Shown in pieces: positions 31,400 to 41,687 of a stretch of 64,000 nucleotides of DNA. The notes beneath the pieces were generated by a model. That model searched no databases. It saw only the letters and a program-made list of their open reading frames with translations, and had not been told where the DNA came from. The DNA lies in sequence record MF327008. One strand, given 5' to 3'. Numbering within the stretch: the first letter of the stretch is position 1; every line of letters starts with the position of its first letter. Made by a program: the position numbers and the translations under genes. This DNA is from Shigella phage Sf24.

Positions 31400-33664
31400 T
31401 CATAATTTACAGGATGAACAATCTTCAGCTTTTGGAGTTTCTATTTCATAATCATCAGTACCAGAACCATCACGGGTATTATGATAATAGAAATTTTTTC
31501 CGCCAAAATACCAAAAATACAAAAGGTCATCAATCATTATTGACATTGGAACCTTTCCTTTTGGAAAAATCTGCGGGTCATAGTATGTATTCGCTGAAGC
31601 TGATTGACACACCCATTTCAGCATAATAGCTACCTGCGTAAGATAAGGTTTATTACCTTTCTTAGCTAATTTCCATGTATAATCATAGAGGTCTATGTTA
31701 TGCTCAATATTGGGCACGACTTGATTAAAGGAGCCCTCTTTTGATTCTTTAACAGAGACTGGTCCACGTGGAGGCTCGATACCGTTTGTACTGTTAGAAA
31801 CTTGGGAAGATGACTCACATGGCATAAGTGCTGATAATGTGCTATTACGGATGCCAAAGAGCTTAAGGTCTTCCCGCAGCGACGACCAGTCACAAACGTA
31901 TTTTGGAGCTGCGATTTGGTCAATCTTTTTATTGTACCAGTCGATAGGTAATTCGCCTCGAGACCAACGAGTGTCTGAATAATATTCGCAAGGTCCTTTT
32001 TCTTTGGCGAGCTTAATGGATGCTTTAATGAGTCCATACTGTAATCTCTCAAATAGCTCATGTGTTAAATCGTTAGCATCTTCATAAGAAGCAAAGTTAC
32101 TTGCCAGCCAAGCTGCATAGTTAGTAACACCTACACCAAGGTTTCGACGCTTTTTAGCTTTTTCTGCTTCAGGAACTGGATATCCTTGATAATCCAAAAG
32201 ATTATCAAGAGCACGAACTTGAACTTCTGCCAATTCATTAATTTTATCTTGGTCTTGCCAGTCAAAATTATCTAGTACGAATGCAGAGAGAGTACACAAT
32301 CCAATTTCAGCATCAGGACTATTCACATCATTTGTTGGAATAGCAATTTCACAGCACAAGTTACTCTGACGAATAGGTGCCTTTTCACGAATAAACGGAG
32401 TATAGTTATTCGTATTATCAATGAACTGTACATAAATCCTTGCTGTTCCTGAGCGTTCAGTCATGAGCAATTCAAATAGTTCACGGGCTTTAATACGCTT
32501 TTTACGAATATTAGGGTCTTTTTCTGCTGCTTCATATAATTCACGGAAACGGTCTTGGTCTTTAAAATAAGAATAATAAAGCTCGCCACCCATTTCATGC
32601 GGACTGAACAAAGTAATGTAATCGTTCTTTCCGAATCGTTCCATCATTAGGTCATTCAGTTGAACGCCATAATCCATATGACGGATACGGTTTTCTTCTA
32701 CACCTTTGTTATTTTTCAAAACGAGAAGATTTTCAACTTCCAAATGCCAAATAGGATAATAAGCAGTAGCAGCGCCGCCACGAATTCCACCCTGTGAGCA
32801 TGATTTAACAGCAGTCTGAAAATGTTTCCAAAAAGGAATAACACCAGTATGACGCACTTCACCTGTGCCAATCTTAGAACCTTCGGCACGAATCATACCA
32901 ACGTTAATACCAATTCCAGCGCGTTTGGAGATATATTCAACAATTGAAGCGGAAGCCTTATTGATAGACTTTAATGAATCACCTGCCTCAATAACAACGC
33001 ATGAACTAAACTGTCGAGTCGGAGTACGACAACCAGCCATAATAGGAGTTGGCAATGAAATCTGTCGAGTAGATACTGCTTCATAAAAACGAATAACATG
33101 TTTTAATCTATCAACAGGTTCATCTTGATGCAGTGCCATTCCAATAGTCATAAATGCAAACTGTGGAGTTTCATAAATTTGACCAGTGGTTTTATCTTTA
33201 ACTAGATATTTTTCTTTTAATTGCATCGCCCCGGAATAAGTAAATTCCATATCCCGCTCATGCTTAATTTTTGATTCTAAAAATGTAATTTCTTCTGCTG
33301 AATATTTTGACAATAATTCAGGGTCGTATTTACCTTCATTTACACAGTAAGAAATATGGTCAATAAATGAACGTGGTTCATACTGCCCGTAAACATGCTT
33401 ACGAAGAGCAAACATTAAACAACGTGCAGCTACATATTGGTAATCAGGCTCTTCAACCGAAATAGAATTCGCAGCGGCCTTAATGACAATAGTTTGAATG
33501 TCATCAGTTGTCATTCCATCACGGAGATATGATTTAATATTTTCATATAATTCATAAGGATCTACAGATGTTCCTTCAGCTGCCCAAGATAAAACTTTAA
33601 TAATTTTTTGTGGGTCAAAGCTCTGAGAAACACCACTACTTTTGATAACATTAATTAATTGCAT
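31400..33664 (-). CDS. nrdA: ribonucleotide reductase large subunit
   Basis: 754 aa, T4 NrdA length; class I RNR sequence. Confidence 0.93.
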   Translation of the reverse strand: MQLINVIKSSGVSQSFDPQKIIKVLSWAAEGTSVDPYELYENIKSYLRDGMTTDDIQTIVIKAAANSISVEEPDYQYVAARCLMFALRKHVYGQYEPRSFIDHISYCVNEGKYDPELLSKYSAEEITFLESKIKHERDMEFTYSGAMQLKEKYLVKDKTTGQIYETPQFAFMTIGMALHQDEPVDRLKHVIRFYEAVSTRQISLPTPIMAGCRTPTRQFSSCVVIEAGDSLKSINKASASIVEYISKRAGIGINVGMIRAEGSKIGTGEVRHTGVIPFWKHFQTAVKSCSQGGIRGGAATAYYPIWHLEVENLLVLKNNKGVEENRIRHMDYGVQLNDLMMERFGKNDYITLFSPHEMGGELYYSYFKDQDRFRELYEAAEKDPNIRKKRIKARELFELLMTERSGTARIYVQFIDNTNNYTPFIREKAPIRQSNLCCEIAIPTNDVNSPDAEIGLCTLSAFVLDNFDWQDQDKINELAEVQVRALDNLLDYQGYPVPEAEKAKKRRNLGVGVTNYAAWLASNFASYEDANDLTHELFERLQYGLIKASIKLAKEKGPCEYYSDTRWSRGELPIDWYNKKIDQIAAPKYVCDWSSLREDLKLFGIRNSTLSALMPCESSSQVSNSTNGIEPPRGPVSVKESKEGSFNQVVPNIEHNIDLYDYTWKLAKKGNKPYLTQVAIMLKWVCQSASANTYYDPQIFPKGKVPMSIMIDDLLYFWYFGGKNFYYHNTRDGSGTDDYEIETPKAEDCSSCKL

Positions 33665-33981
33665 AAGTCCTCAACTTGAAAATCGTCTTTAAACAATCGG
33701 TTAACTATATGAGCTATTATATCACCATGACACGGCTTTGGTTTACATGTGCATCCTAGCCTCATTCCACGTAAAGGCTCTAAATGTGCTTTAGTTATTT
33801 CTCCGGATTTAATTCGACGTATAAAATCTTTTTTGAATAATTCAATGGCAGCCTCCCGGCTGCCAGCATCTTTACCGACGTAATTTCCCCAAAATGTACC
33901 GCGGTGAATATTAACATCAAAGTCGGATTTGTATTTATTCACTACCCGGCATAGACGGCCCACGCTGGAATAATTCGTCAT
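33655..33981 (-). CDS. hypothetical protein, 108 aa (nrdA.1)
   Basis: ORF overlapping nrdA start. Confidence 0.55.
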
Positions 33982-34198
33982 ATTGTTTTTCCGTTAATAC
34001 AGTAATATCATAGTAACAATCGGAAGAAGTTTTAACTGTGGAAATTTTATTATCAAAATACTCACGAGTCATTTTATGAGTATAGTATTTTTTACCATAA
34101 ATGGTAATAGGCTGTTCTGGTCCTGGAACTTCTAACTCGCTTGGGTTAGGAAGTGTAAAAAGAACAACGCCAGAAGTATCTTTAAATCGTAAAATCAT
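33935..34198 (-). CDS. hypothetical protein, 87 aa (nrdA.2)
   Basis: ORF coupled to td. Confidence 0.5.
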
Positions 34199-35055
34199 AT
34201 TGCCATTTTCCCTTTAATTACTGGATGCGATTCATAATTTTCAAGGATAAAATCTTTCGGTTTCATGTATTCAGTTAACCAGTAAAGCTGTGTTTCGGTG
34301 TCACAATTTCCAAACTCTATAGGCCAATCAATTTTAAGTTCACATAGTTCTTTAGGCTCACGACGTAAAATTTCTTTACATTGTGCAGTATGATTCATAT
34401 AGATGTGAGTATTACCGCCAGAAAATATCAAATCTCCTGGGATAAGATTACACATCTTAGCCACAATATGCGTCAAGGCAGCGTACGAGGCAATGTTGAA
34501 TGGCAAGCCCAAGAAAACATCTACACTTCTTTGGTACCATTGTAAATCAAGATAACCATTACGCACATTAAACTGATAGAACATATGACAGGGCGGTAAT
34601 GCCATTTGATTGATTTCAGCTGGATTCCATGCTGAAACGATTTGACGTCGATCAGTTGGTAATTTTTTAATACGATCAATAGTTTCAACTAATTGATCCA
34701 CACCACCGAAATCACGCCATTGTTTACCGTATATAGGACCAAGTTCACCACTATGATATCCTAGGTCTTTAGCCTGGTTTTCATAGTTATCGTCCCAAAT
34801 AGTTTTACCTTGAATAAGACTACCATGAGTGCGAAGACGTAAATCATTAACATTGGTAGAACCGGAAATAAACCATAGAAGCTCAGCAATGCATGCATTC
34901 CAGGCGAGCTTTTTAGTTGTTACTGCAGGAAAACCTTTAGTTAAATCCCAGCGTAATTTAGTACCGAACAAAGCAATTGTTCCTGTGCCTGTTCGGTCAT
35001 CGGTTTCATAGCCATTTTCAAAAATGTCTTTAATTAAATCTTGGTATTGTTTCAT
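34195..35055 (-). CDS. td: thymidylate synthase, uninterrupted
   Basis: 286 aa continuous ORF; active-site PPCH motif; no intron. Confidence 0.93.
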
Positions 35056-35099
35056 TTAGTACCTTATATAAATTATAATACACTTTATGAAGCTAATAA

Positions 35100-35459
35100 T
35101 TAATACGGTTTAGCATCAAATTTTCTCTCAATTTCAGGCGTGAAATATAATTCTTTACCGCGTTTGGAAAAGCGACCAATAATATGATAATTATTCTCAT
35201 CAAACGTAATATTACCAATATCCATAGCTTTCAACCAAATATCGATATTTCTATCCAGCTTTATGTCAAAATTCCAATACGGAGAACTATTACCGAAAAT
35301 ACTGCAAGCGGATTCAGTGAAACAACTGCTATAAATCTTGTCTTTAGGAACTACTAATTGATAGACACCTTTAATAAACTGAGGACCCTGCCACTTTGGC
35401 TGTTTCGCGTCTTTTTCTAATAAAATAGGGTAATAATTAAAATTCATATTTTCCGCCAC
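35100..35459 (-). CDS. hypothetical protein, 119 aa, inserted between frd and td
   Basis: Complete ORF filling the frd-td gap; no recognisable domain. Confidence 0.6.
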   Translation of the reverse strand: MAENMNFNYYPILLEKDAKQPKWQGPQFIKGVYQLVVPKDKIYSSCFTESACSIFGNSSPYWNFDIKLDRNIDIWLKAMDIGNITFDENNYHIIGRFSKRGKELYFTPEIERKFDAKPY

Positions 35460-35467
35460 GCGTTATT

Positions 35468-36294
<827 letters not shown>

Positions 36295-36305
36295 ATTATC
36301 TCCTA

Positions 36306-36638
36306 TTAAAAAGGATCAGGAACATATCCACTAGCTTTAATCATTTTAACTAATGTTACCATTCCTTTGTTAACTGCTTGTGAGATTTCATCAAAAACTT
36401 CATCATTAAAAAGTTCTAGCACACCCTTCTGAACTTTTAATTTACAGCCAACAATTTCGTCATCGCCTATAGTAAATTCATTACCACCAATTCCACCGAA
36501 AAACTTAATTACACCAGTTAACTGTCTTCCACGAGAATATGGGTCGTGTGATAAAGTAATATGAGTCACCCCGGGTACAGTTTTAAATTGGCAGCGAATA
36601 TTTACTTGTGAAATTCCAGTTACATGAATGTCAGACAT
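36306..36638 (-). CDS. hypothetical protein, 110 aa (frd.x)
   Basis: ORF. Confidence 0.55.
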   Translation of the reverse strand: MSDIHVTGISQVNIRCQFKTVPGVTHITLSHDPYSRGRQLTGVIKFFGGIGGNEFTIGDDEIVGCKLKVQKGVLELFNDEVFDEISQAVNKGMVTLVKMIKASGYVPDPF

Positions 36639-36648
36639 AATATTTTCC

Positions 36649-36891
36649 TCAAATAGACTTTTTCACAATTTTCCAATCAGCTTTAAACTGATCAACGTCA
36701 GAATGATAAATCCAGAATCCTGCGCTTTCTCCATCCTCATAAAGAGGGCATCTATCACATTCATCTTCCCATCCCATATCACGCAAAAGATGTTCAGCTT
36801 TTTCAACAAGTTCAGAATCTTTACCGATGATATTAAAATACCATTTACCTTTAACTTCCGAATCTTTGATGCTCTGACGTTGTAATCTCAT
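36649..36891 (-). CDS. hypothetical protein, 80 aa (frd.x)
   Basis: ORF. Confidence 0.55.
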   Translation of the reverse strand: MRLQRQSIKDSEVKGKWYFNIIGKDSELVEKAEHLLRDMGWEDECDRCPLYEDGESAGFWIYHSDVDQFKADWKIVKKSI

Positions 36892-37000
36892 TTTATTCTC
36901 CTTAGCAAGCTTTAATCAAAAGATATAAACAGACCAACATAACTGCTGCCATAATATAAGGTGCGAACATTTTCTTTTCTCCATTAGTTTTGATAGGGTA

Positions 37001-37030
37001 ATAGTATCACACTACTACCCTTCTGTAAAC
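37001..37030 (-). promoter_or_regulatory. early promoter
   Basis: Minus strand GTTTAC-N14-GTG-A-TACTAT; a 22-codon hydrophobic ORF (36902-36970) with GGAG Shine-Dalgarno lies downstream. Confidence 0.55.
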
Positions 37031-37410
37031 TACTTTTTGAAAGTTTTTCGCAAAAGTTCAATGATTTCATCTACATTGTTTTCGTCAACAATGCAGTGAA
37101 TTTTTGTTACGCCAGAAACCTTGTCTTTGACTTCATCTTCTTCAGAAGTCGGTTCTTTATACTCACGAAAACAATGAAATTCATCTTCGCAAATTTCTAA
37201 AAGTCTATCTTTGAGGTAAAAATGCTTTCCATTTGCGCATTCAATGTGTTTTACTGCTTTATATCCATTAGCGACGGAAACTTCTTTAACTTCAAACCAT
37301 CCGCCATTCTCTCGAATGGCTTTAACTATTGATGAATTAGAACGTGGGCTATAATTAATAAATGTATCAATAAGTCTTGGAACAAGTTCATACTTTTTAC
37401 CGGTATACAT
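37030..37410 (-). CDS. hypothetical protein, 126 aa
   Basis: ORF. Confidence 0.55.
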   Translation of the reverse strand: MYTGKKYELVPRLIDTFINYSPRSNSSIVKAIRENGGWFEVKEVSVANGYKAVKHIECANGKHFYLKDRLLEICEDEFHCFREYKEPTSEEDEVKDKVSGVTKIHCIVDENNVDEIIELLRKTFKK

Positions 37411-37454
37411 TACGGTTTCCTCATTTTAATAGGGGCTTGATAGCCCCTTGATAA

Positions 37455-37682
37455 TTATTGTTCAATCAATCCCATGTAAAATTCTGCGTCTTCAGAATCC
37501 ATGCCATCACAATATTCATTAGCCATAAAGCGGGTGAGGTCTTCAAGAGGACCTTCAATAACGATTTGAATACTCCAAAACTTAGAATCTTGCACGCTTG
37601 TGATACTAAGTTCAGGATAACGATTACGAATAATTTCTTCAATATATTCAAAATCAACGATGTCAATATCAACTTTAGCCAT
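37455..37682 (-). CDS. hypothetical acidic protein, 75 aa
   Basis: Start moved to MAKVDIDIV... because the supplied 96-aa ORF runs through the early-promoter motif; GAGGA Shine-Dalgarno. Confidence 0.5.
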   Translation of the reverse strand: MAKVDIDIVDFEYIEEIIRNRYPELSITSVQDSKFWSIQIVIEGPLEDLTRFMANEYCDGMDSEDAEFYMGLIEQ

Positions 37683-37725
37683 ATTATTTTCCTCTTTAAT
37701 CATCAGCAGTATTGCCGATAGTTGT

Positions 37726-37755
37726 ATAGTACCACGGAAGAACAAGGATGTAAAC
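37726..37755 (-). promoter_or_regulatory. early promoter with A/T-rich upstream element
   Basis: Minus strand GTTTAC-N14-GTG-G-TACTAT; A/T tract at 37756-37785. Confidence 0.6.
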
Positions 37756-37780
37756 CGTTTTGTGAAAAAAATTTTTGAAA

Positions 37781-37805
37781 TAAAAAGGGGACCTCTAGGG
37801 TCCCC
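37781..37805 (-). terminator. gene 32 terminator
   Basis: GGGGACC-UCUA-GGGUCCCC hairpin followed on the minus strand by UUUUUA. Confidence 0.7.
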
Positions 37806-37827
37806 AATTAATTAGTAATATAATCTA

Positions 37828-38733
37828 TTAAAGGTCATTCAAAAGGTCATCCAGGTCCGTGTCATCAGCACTAGATGAACTACCAGAGCTTGAGCTCATA
37901 AAATCATCTTCAGTTTTTGTATTGAAGTCATCAACATTGAATGCATCCAAATCATCAGCAACTTTATCAGCTTTCTTAGCAGCAGTTGCAGCGGCACCGC
38001 CCATCACAGCAGTTCCCATAACTTGACCGAATTTAGTATTCAGTTCTTCAAACGATTTGAATTTATCTTTAGAAGTCATTTCAGAAAGGTCAACCATTTG
38101 TTCGAACAGTTCTTTCTGGAAAGATTCATCGTCAATGTTTGGAATCGCAGATTGATTCAGGAATTTAGATTCGTCGTAGTTACTAAATCCAGAAACTTGT
38201 TTAACTTTCAGTACAAAGTTAGCACCTTCCCACGGACAAGTTACATCAACCGGAGTTTCACCCATTTCAACATCAACTGCAATCATTGCATTGATTTTAT
38301 CCCAGATTTTCTTACCGAAACGGTATTTAAATACTTTACCTTCATTTTCTGGAGCAGCTGGGTCTTTTACAACAAGAATGTTAGCCCAGTAAGAAGTTTT
38401 ACGTTTAACAAGACCGTATTCTTTATTGTCAGTGTTGTACAAATCATTTTTACTGATATACTGACATACTGGGCAAGAATCGTAATCACCATGGGTAGAT
38501 GAACATGTTTCAATATACCATTTACCATTTTTCTTGAAACCGTGATTTACAAGAATTGCGAATGGTGCTTGTTCATCATTTTTAGACGGAAGAAAACGAA
38601 TTACTGCTTGACCGTTACCCGCATTATCGAGTTTCAGTTTCCACTCGCCTTTATCTTCAGAAGAAAAACCTTTATTGCCATTCAGTTTAGCCATTTGTGC
38701 AGCAAGTTCAGCAGTAGATTTACGTTTAAACAT
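37828..38733 (-). CDS. 32: single-stranded DNA-binding protein gp32
   Basis: 301 aa; acidic C-terminal tail; conserved translational operator upstream; terminator downstream. Confidence 0.93.
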
Positions 38734-38800
38734 TTTATTTCCTTTTTAACTTAATTTAATTAACAGTTGGTGCTATGACACTTTACCTCATAGCTGGCAT
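38734..38800 (-). promoter_or_regulatory. gene 32 autoregulatory translational operator
   Basis: mRNA-sense sequence ...AUGAGGUAAAGUGUCAUAGCACCAACUGUUAAUUAAAUUAAGUUAAAAAGGAAAUAAAAUG matches the remembered T4 operator (pseudoknot plus UUAAA repeats). Confidence 0.7.
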
Positions 38801-39420
38801 AATTTGCAATACTCTGGGTCTTCGAGAGGTATCCAACCTGAGTTGAAATACTTTACCATCGATTTAGCAGTTGTATCAGTTATATTTATATTACCTTTAA
38901 CTCTTCGCCATCCAGGAGTTTTACCGTACAGATTAGAGGATAATAATAACACATAATTCTCATAAGCAATATGAGATAATTTCCAAGACTCTATATTAGC
39001 TCGTGATGTTTTCCAAGGTCTAAAATCGTCACGGTTCATATAATTAGCCAATCTCATATGCTCTCTAACTTCCGGGTCTTTGGCTGGATGAGTTTCACCA
39101 CTCACACCAAATCCACCACCAGCATATACCAGATTAAAATAGTCTGGATTATCTCTGGCATTTACTTCAAGTTGGTATTTTCGTTCTTCTTCAATAACAT
39201 CCAAGTCATCATCAATTTGAATTATTTTAACACTCGGTTTTTGAAGCATTAGCGCATTCAAAAATCTTTTTTGTTTACATGAGCTCCAGTATTCCTTTCC
39301 GGAAGAGTCATATATTATTCCGTTCTCAAATGAGCAATTTAATTTACTACCGATATAGTAGTATGGTGGAGTCTTATTTTTGACACGGTCTTCAAATGTA
39401 AACCAATATACTATATTCAT
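38788..39420 (-). CDS. segG: GIY-YIG homing endonuclease-like protein (SegG-like)
   Basis: 210 aa; N-terminal IVYW...PPYYYIGSK resembles the GIY-(10-11)-YIG motif; lies between genes 59 and 32 where I recall T4 segG. Confidence 0.65.
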   Translation of the reverse strand: MNIVYWFTFEDRVKNKTPPYYYIGSKLNCSFENGIIYDSSGKEYWSSCKQKRFLNALMLQKPSVKIIQIDDDLDVIEEERKYQLEVNARDNPDYFNLVYAGGGFGVSGETHPAKDPEVREHMRLANYMNRDDFRPWKTSRANIESWKLSHIAYENYVLLLSSNLYGKTPGWRRVKGNINITDTTAKSMVKYFNSGWIPLEDPEYCKLCQL

Positions 39421-39421
39421 A

Positions 39422-40075
39422 TCAATACTTACAAGATTTCACAGTTTCAATGAAAACATTTTTAGCTTTCTGTGAATCAATATTTAAAATTTTTCTATAA
39501 GCCTTTAACTTTATAGAATAATTATTCCAGACTAAATTATCAGTCTGTTCATCATGTTTATCAATTATATTTAAAAATGAATCAAGCAAGATAAACGTCT
39601 CAAACGAAATTATGTTCGATTGCAGAAGTTTAAAAATATAACTTGATTGAACTTTTGGATTATACTCAAAGATTTCTTTAAAAGCAGAAACTTCAACTTT
39701 TTTACTAAAATAATAAATGTTGCGAATATCTTCTTCAAACTTAAATTTAATTTGCTTTAAGCGTCCGATATATTCACGATAAAACACAAGTGCATCAGCG
39801 TCAGAGATGTCACCAATCCAAGCATCTTGGTTAGCAACCAAATTGCTTATAAAGATTAAAGCAAGTTCCTTTAATTTATATTTTTCTGATAACTTCTGGA
39901 AAAAATACTTATCCCTTCGCTTTTGATAAGCGGCATCAGACACCCGCATGCACCAATTATACTTAATAACATCATACTTTCCATTCATATGCTGTTTTAT
40001 CATTAAGTATAATTTATAAACTGATTTACCATCAATGTATCTTTCACCACCAGCAGGCATGCGGAGTTTAATCAT
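39422..40075 (-). CDS. 59: gp59 helicase loader
   Basis: 217 aa, T4 gp59 length; sequence MIKLRMPAGGERYIDGKSVYKLY... Confidence 0.9.
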   Translation of the reverse strand: MIKLRMPAGGERYIDGKSVYKLYLMIKQHMNGKYDVIKYNWCMRVSDAAYQKRRDKYFFQKLSEKYKLKELALIFISNLVANQDAWIGDISDADALVFYREYIGRLKQIKFKFEEDIRNIYYFSKKVEVSAFKEIFEYNPKVQSSYIFKLLQSNIISFETFILLDSFLNIIDKHDEQTDNLVWNNYSIKLKAYRKILNIDSQKAKNVFIETVKSCKY

Positions 40076-40410
40076 AGCAGAAAATCTAATGTATTAGTTT
40101 TTTCACAACGAACAACAGAAGGACGTAAAAGATTTTCGTCGATAGCTTCTGACTGAATTTTTTCAATTATACCCGAAGGAATAAATTTAGCAAATTGAGT
40201 TTCAGGAATAGAATTTTCTTCTAAGAACGCTGTTGTAGCTTCAAGATAACTCATTCCAAACTCTTCTACCATTTTTTCAATAATAAATCCATTTTCTTGG
40301 CGGTCAAGAAGCTTTGCTATTTCATCCTTTTCTTTCTTAATTGAAAGTTCTTTTTCTGAAAGACCGGTCTCATCGACCGGACGAATATCATTTAGAGAAA
40401 ACTGTGTCAT
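40072..40410 (-). CDS. 33: gp33 late transcription co-activator
   Basis: 112 aa from MTQFSLNDIRPVDETG...; the supplied ORF starts three codons upstream. Confidence 0.85.
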   Translation of the reverse strand: MTQFSLNDIRPVDETGLSEKELSIKKEKDEIAKLLDRQENGFIIEKMVEEFGMSYLEATTAFLEENSIPETQFAKFIPSGIIEKIQSEAIDENLLRPSVVRCEKTNTLDFLL

Positions 40411-40657
40411 AAAGTTCAACTACCTCTTCAGTTTCAGCTTCAAACACATCACGGTTATCTTTATGATACAAAGCTAACAGACGATTAAACATCTTACCAT
40501 CAACGCCAAGTTCATCTTTGGCACGAATTCGAATATCTTTAATCAATTCATTATAACCAGAAATTTTCAGTTTATGATCAGATGCTTCTTTAATAAATTT
40601 AGCTAAGTCTTCGCCATGGATAGCTTCATCAAATTCAACCATTTCTTTTTTAGCCAT
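40388..40657 (-). CDS. dsbA: DsbA double-stranded DNA-binding protein
   Basis: 89 aa, T4 DsbA length; position between rnh and 33. Confidence 0.85.
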   Translation of the reverse strand: MAKKEMVEFDEAIHGEDLAKFIKEASDHKLKISGYNELIKDIRIRAKDELGVDGKMFNRLLALYHKDNRDVFEAETEEVVELYDTVFSK

Positions 40658-40665
40658 TATTCACC

Positions 40666-41583
40666 TCAAAATTCATTAATGCTATTAGTTAATTTAGAAA
40701 GACCCGCTTTTACAAAATATGAATAAATTTTGCCACGCGGTGGTAATTTATATGAATTATAGTAATTCACAATGTTTGAAGCAATATTATCAGGAATATA
40801 ATCAAAATCAATTAGAACTAAATTTTCTTTATAACGATTATATTCAGATTCAGTGAGAAGCACCTTAGCTTGCTCACGGTCATTAGCAATAGCTTCAACA
40901 ATAGAGGTTTTCATTGAAGGAGTTCGTTCACCTTCAACTCTAGTAAACCAAAAGTCAGACCGTACTTTAACTGAAGCAACGTTATCCTTTTTGTCACCTT
41001 TAAGGATTTTAGTCATACAGTCAATTTCAGCAGAACCGCTTTTAATTTTAACCCATTTCTTGTGCATCGGTGACCATTGCTTAACATTTGGGTATTTATG
41101 AAGTTGAGTAAAGTCACCATCCGATGAAATGATTAAAATCTTGTGTCCTTCTAAAGAGAACTTTTTAACAAGAACAGCAATATGGTCATCTGCTTCATAC
41201 TTATCAATATCCATAACAATGTATGGCATATAAGCTTTCAATTCATCTATAACTTTATGACTGGATTCAAAATAACCTTCCCAGTCCCAAGTAGATTCTT
41301 CTCGTGCTTTTCCACGGTTTTTCTTATAATAATAAGCAAAATCACGACGCCAATATCCAGATTTCGCGTTATCAATACACAATACAATTTTAGTGTATCC
41401 AAGAGCTTTTGCTTTTTTGACATTAAACTTAATTGAGTTCAATATCAAATGACGAACCATTGATAAATTAATTTTTTCTTTATCTGGAAAGTTTACCAAA
41501 GCAGTTGAAAGCGCAATTTGACTAAAGTCAATTAAGCAGATTCCTTCTTTGTAATCTTCATCCAGCATCATTTCTAAATCCAT
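40666..41583 (-). CDS. rnh: RNase H (5'-3' exonuclease, FEN-like)
   Basis: 305 aa from MDLEMMLDEDYKEGICLIDF...; early promoter with TATAAT -10 upstream. Confidence 0.9.
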   Translation of the reverse strand: MDLEMMLDEDYKEGICLIDFSQIALSTALVNFPDKEKINLSMVRHLILNSIKFNVKKAKALGYTKIVLCIDNAKSGYWRRDFAYYYKKNRGKAREESTWDWEGYFESSHKVIDELKAYMPYIVMDIDKYEADDHIAVLVKKFSLEGHKILIISSDGDFTQLHKYPNVKQWSPMHKKWVKIKSGSAEIDCMTKILKGDKKDNVASVKVRSDFWFTRVEGERTPSMKTSIVEAIANDREQAKVLLTESEYNRYKENLVLIDFDYIPDNIASNIVNYYNSYKLPPRGKIYSYFVKAGLSKLTNSINEF

Positions 41584-41612
41584 ATGAACCTCGTTCAATT
41601 AGTGAGATTTCT

Positions 41613-41642
41613 ATTATATACCATCCGAATCTTAAAGTAAAC
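41613..41642 (-). promoter_or_regulatory. early promoter for rnh
   Basis: Minus strand GTTTAC, 18 bp spacer ending in TGG, then TATAAT. Confidence 0.6.
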
Positions 41643-41645
41643 AAG

Positions 41646-41653
41646 TATAAATA
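41646..41653 (+). promoter_or_regulatory. late promoter TATAAATA for gene 34
   Basis: Exact TATAAATA 35 bp upstream of the gene 34 ATG. Confidence 0.75.
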
Positions 41654-41687
41654 CTTATTATTGAAAACACAATAGGAGCCCGGGAGA

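Noticed and set aside
30170-35055. Group I introns and I-Tev homing endonuclease genes in nrdB and td
   Set aside because: Both genes are single uninterrupted ORFs of full length, so no intron is present in this window.
35056-35100. Possible MotA-box middle promoter upstream of td
   Set aside because: The MotA-like box has a mismatch and the candidate -10 would place the transcription start inside the td Shine-Dalgarno, so the spacing is not plausible.
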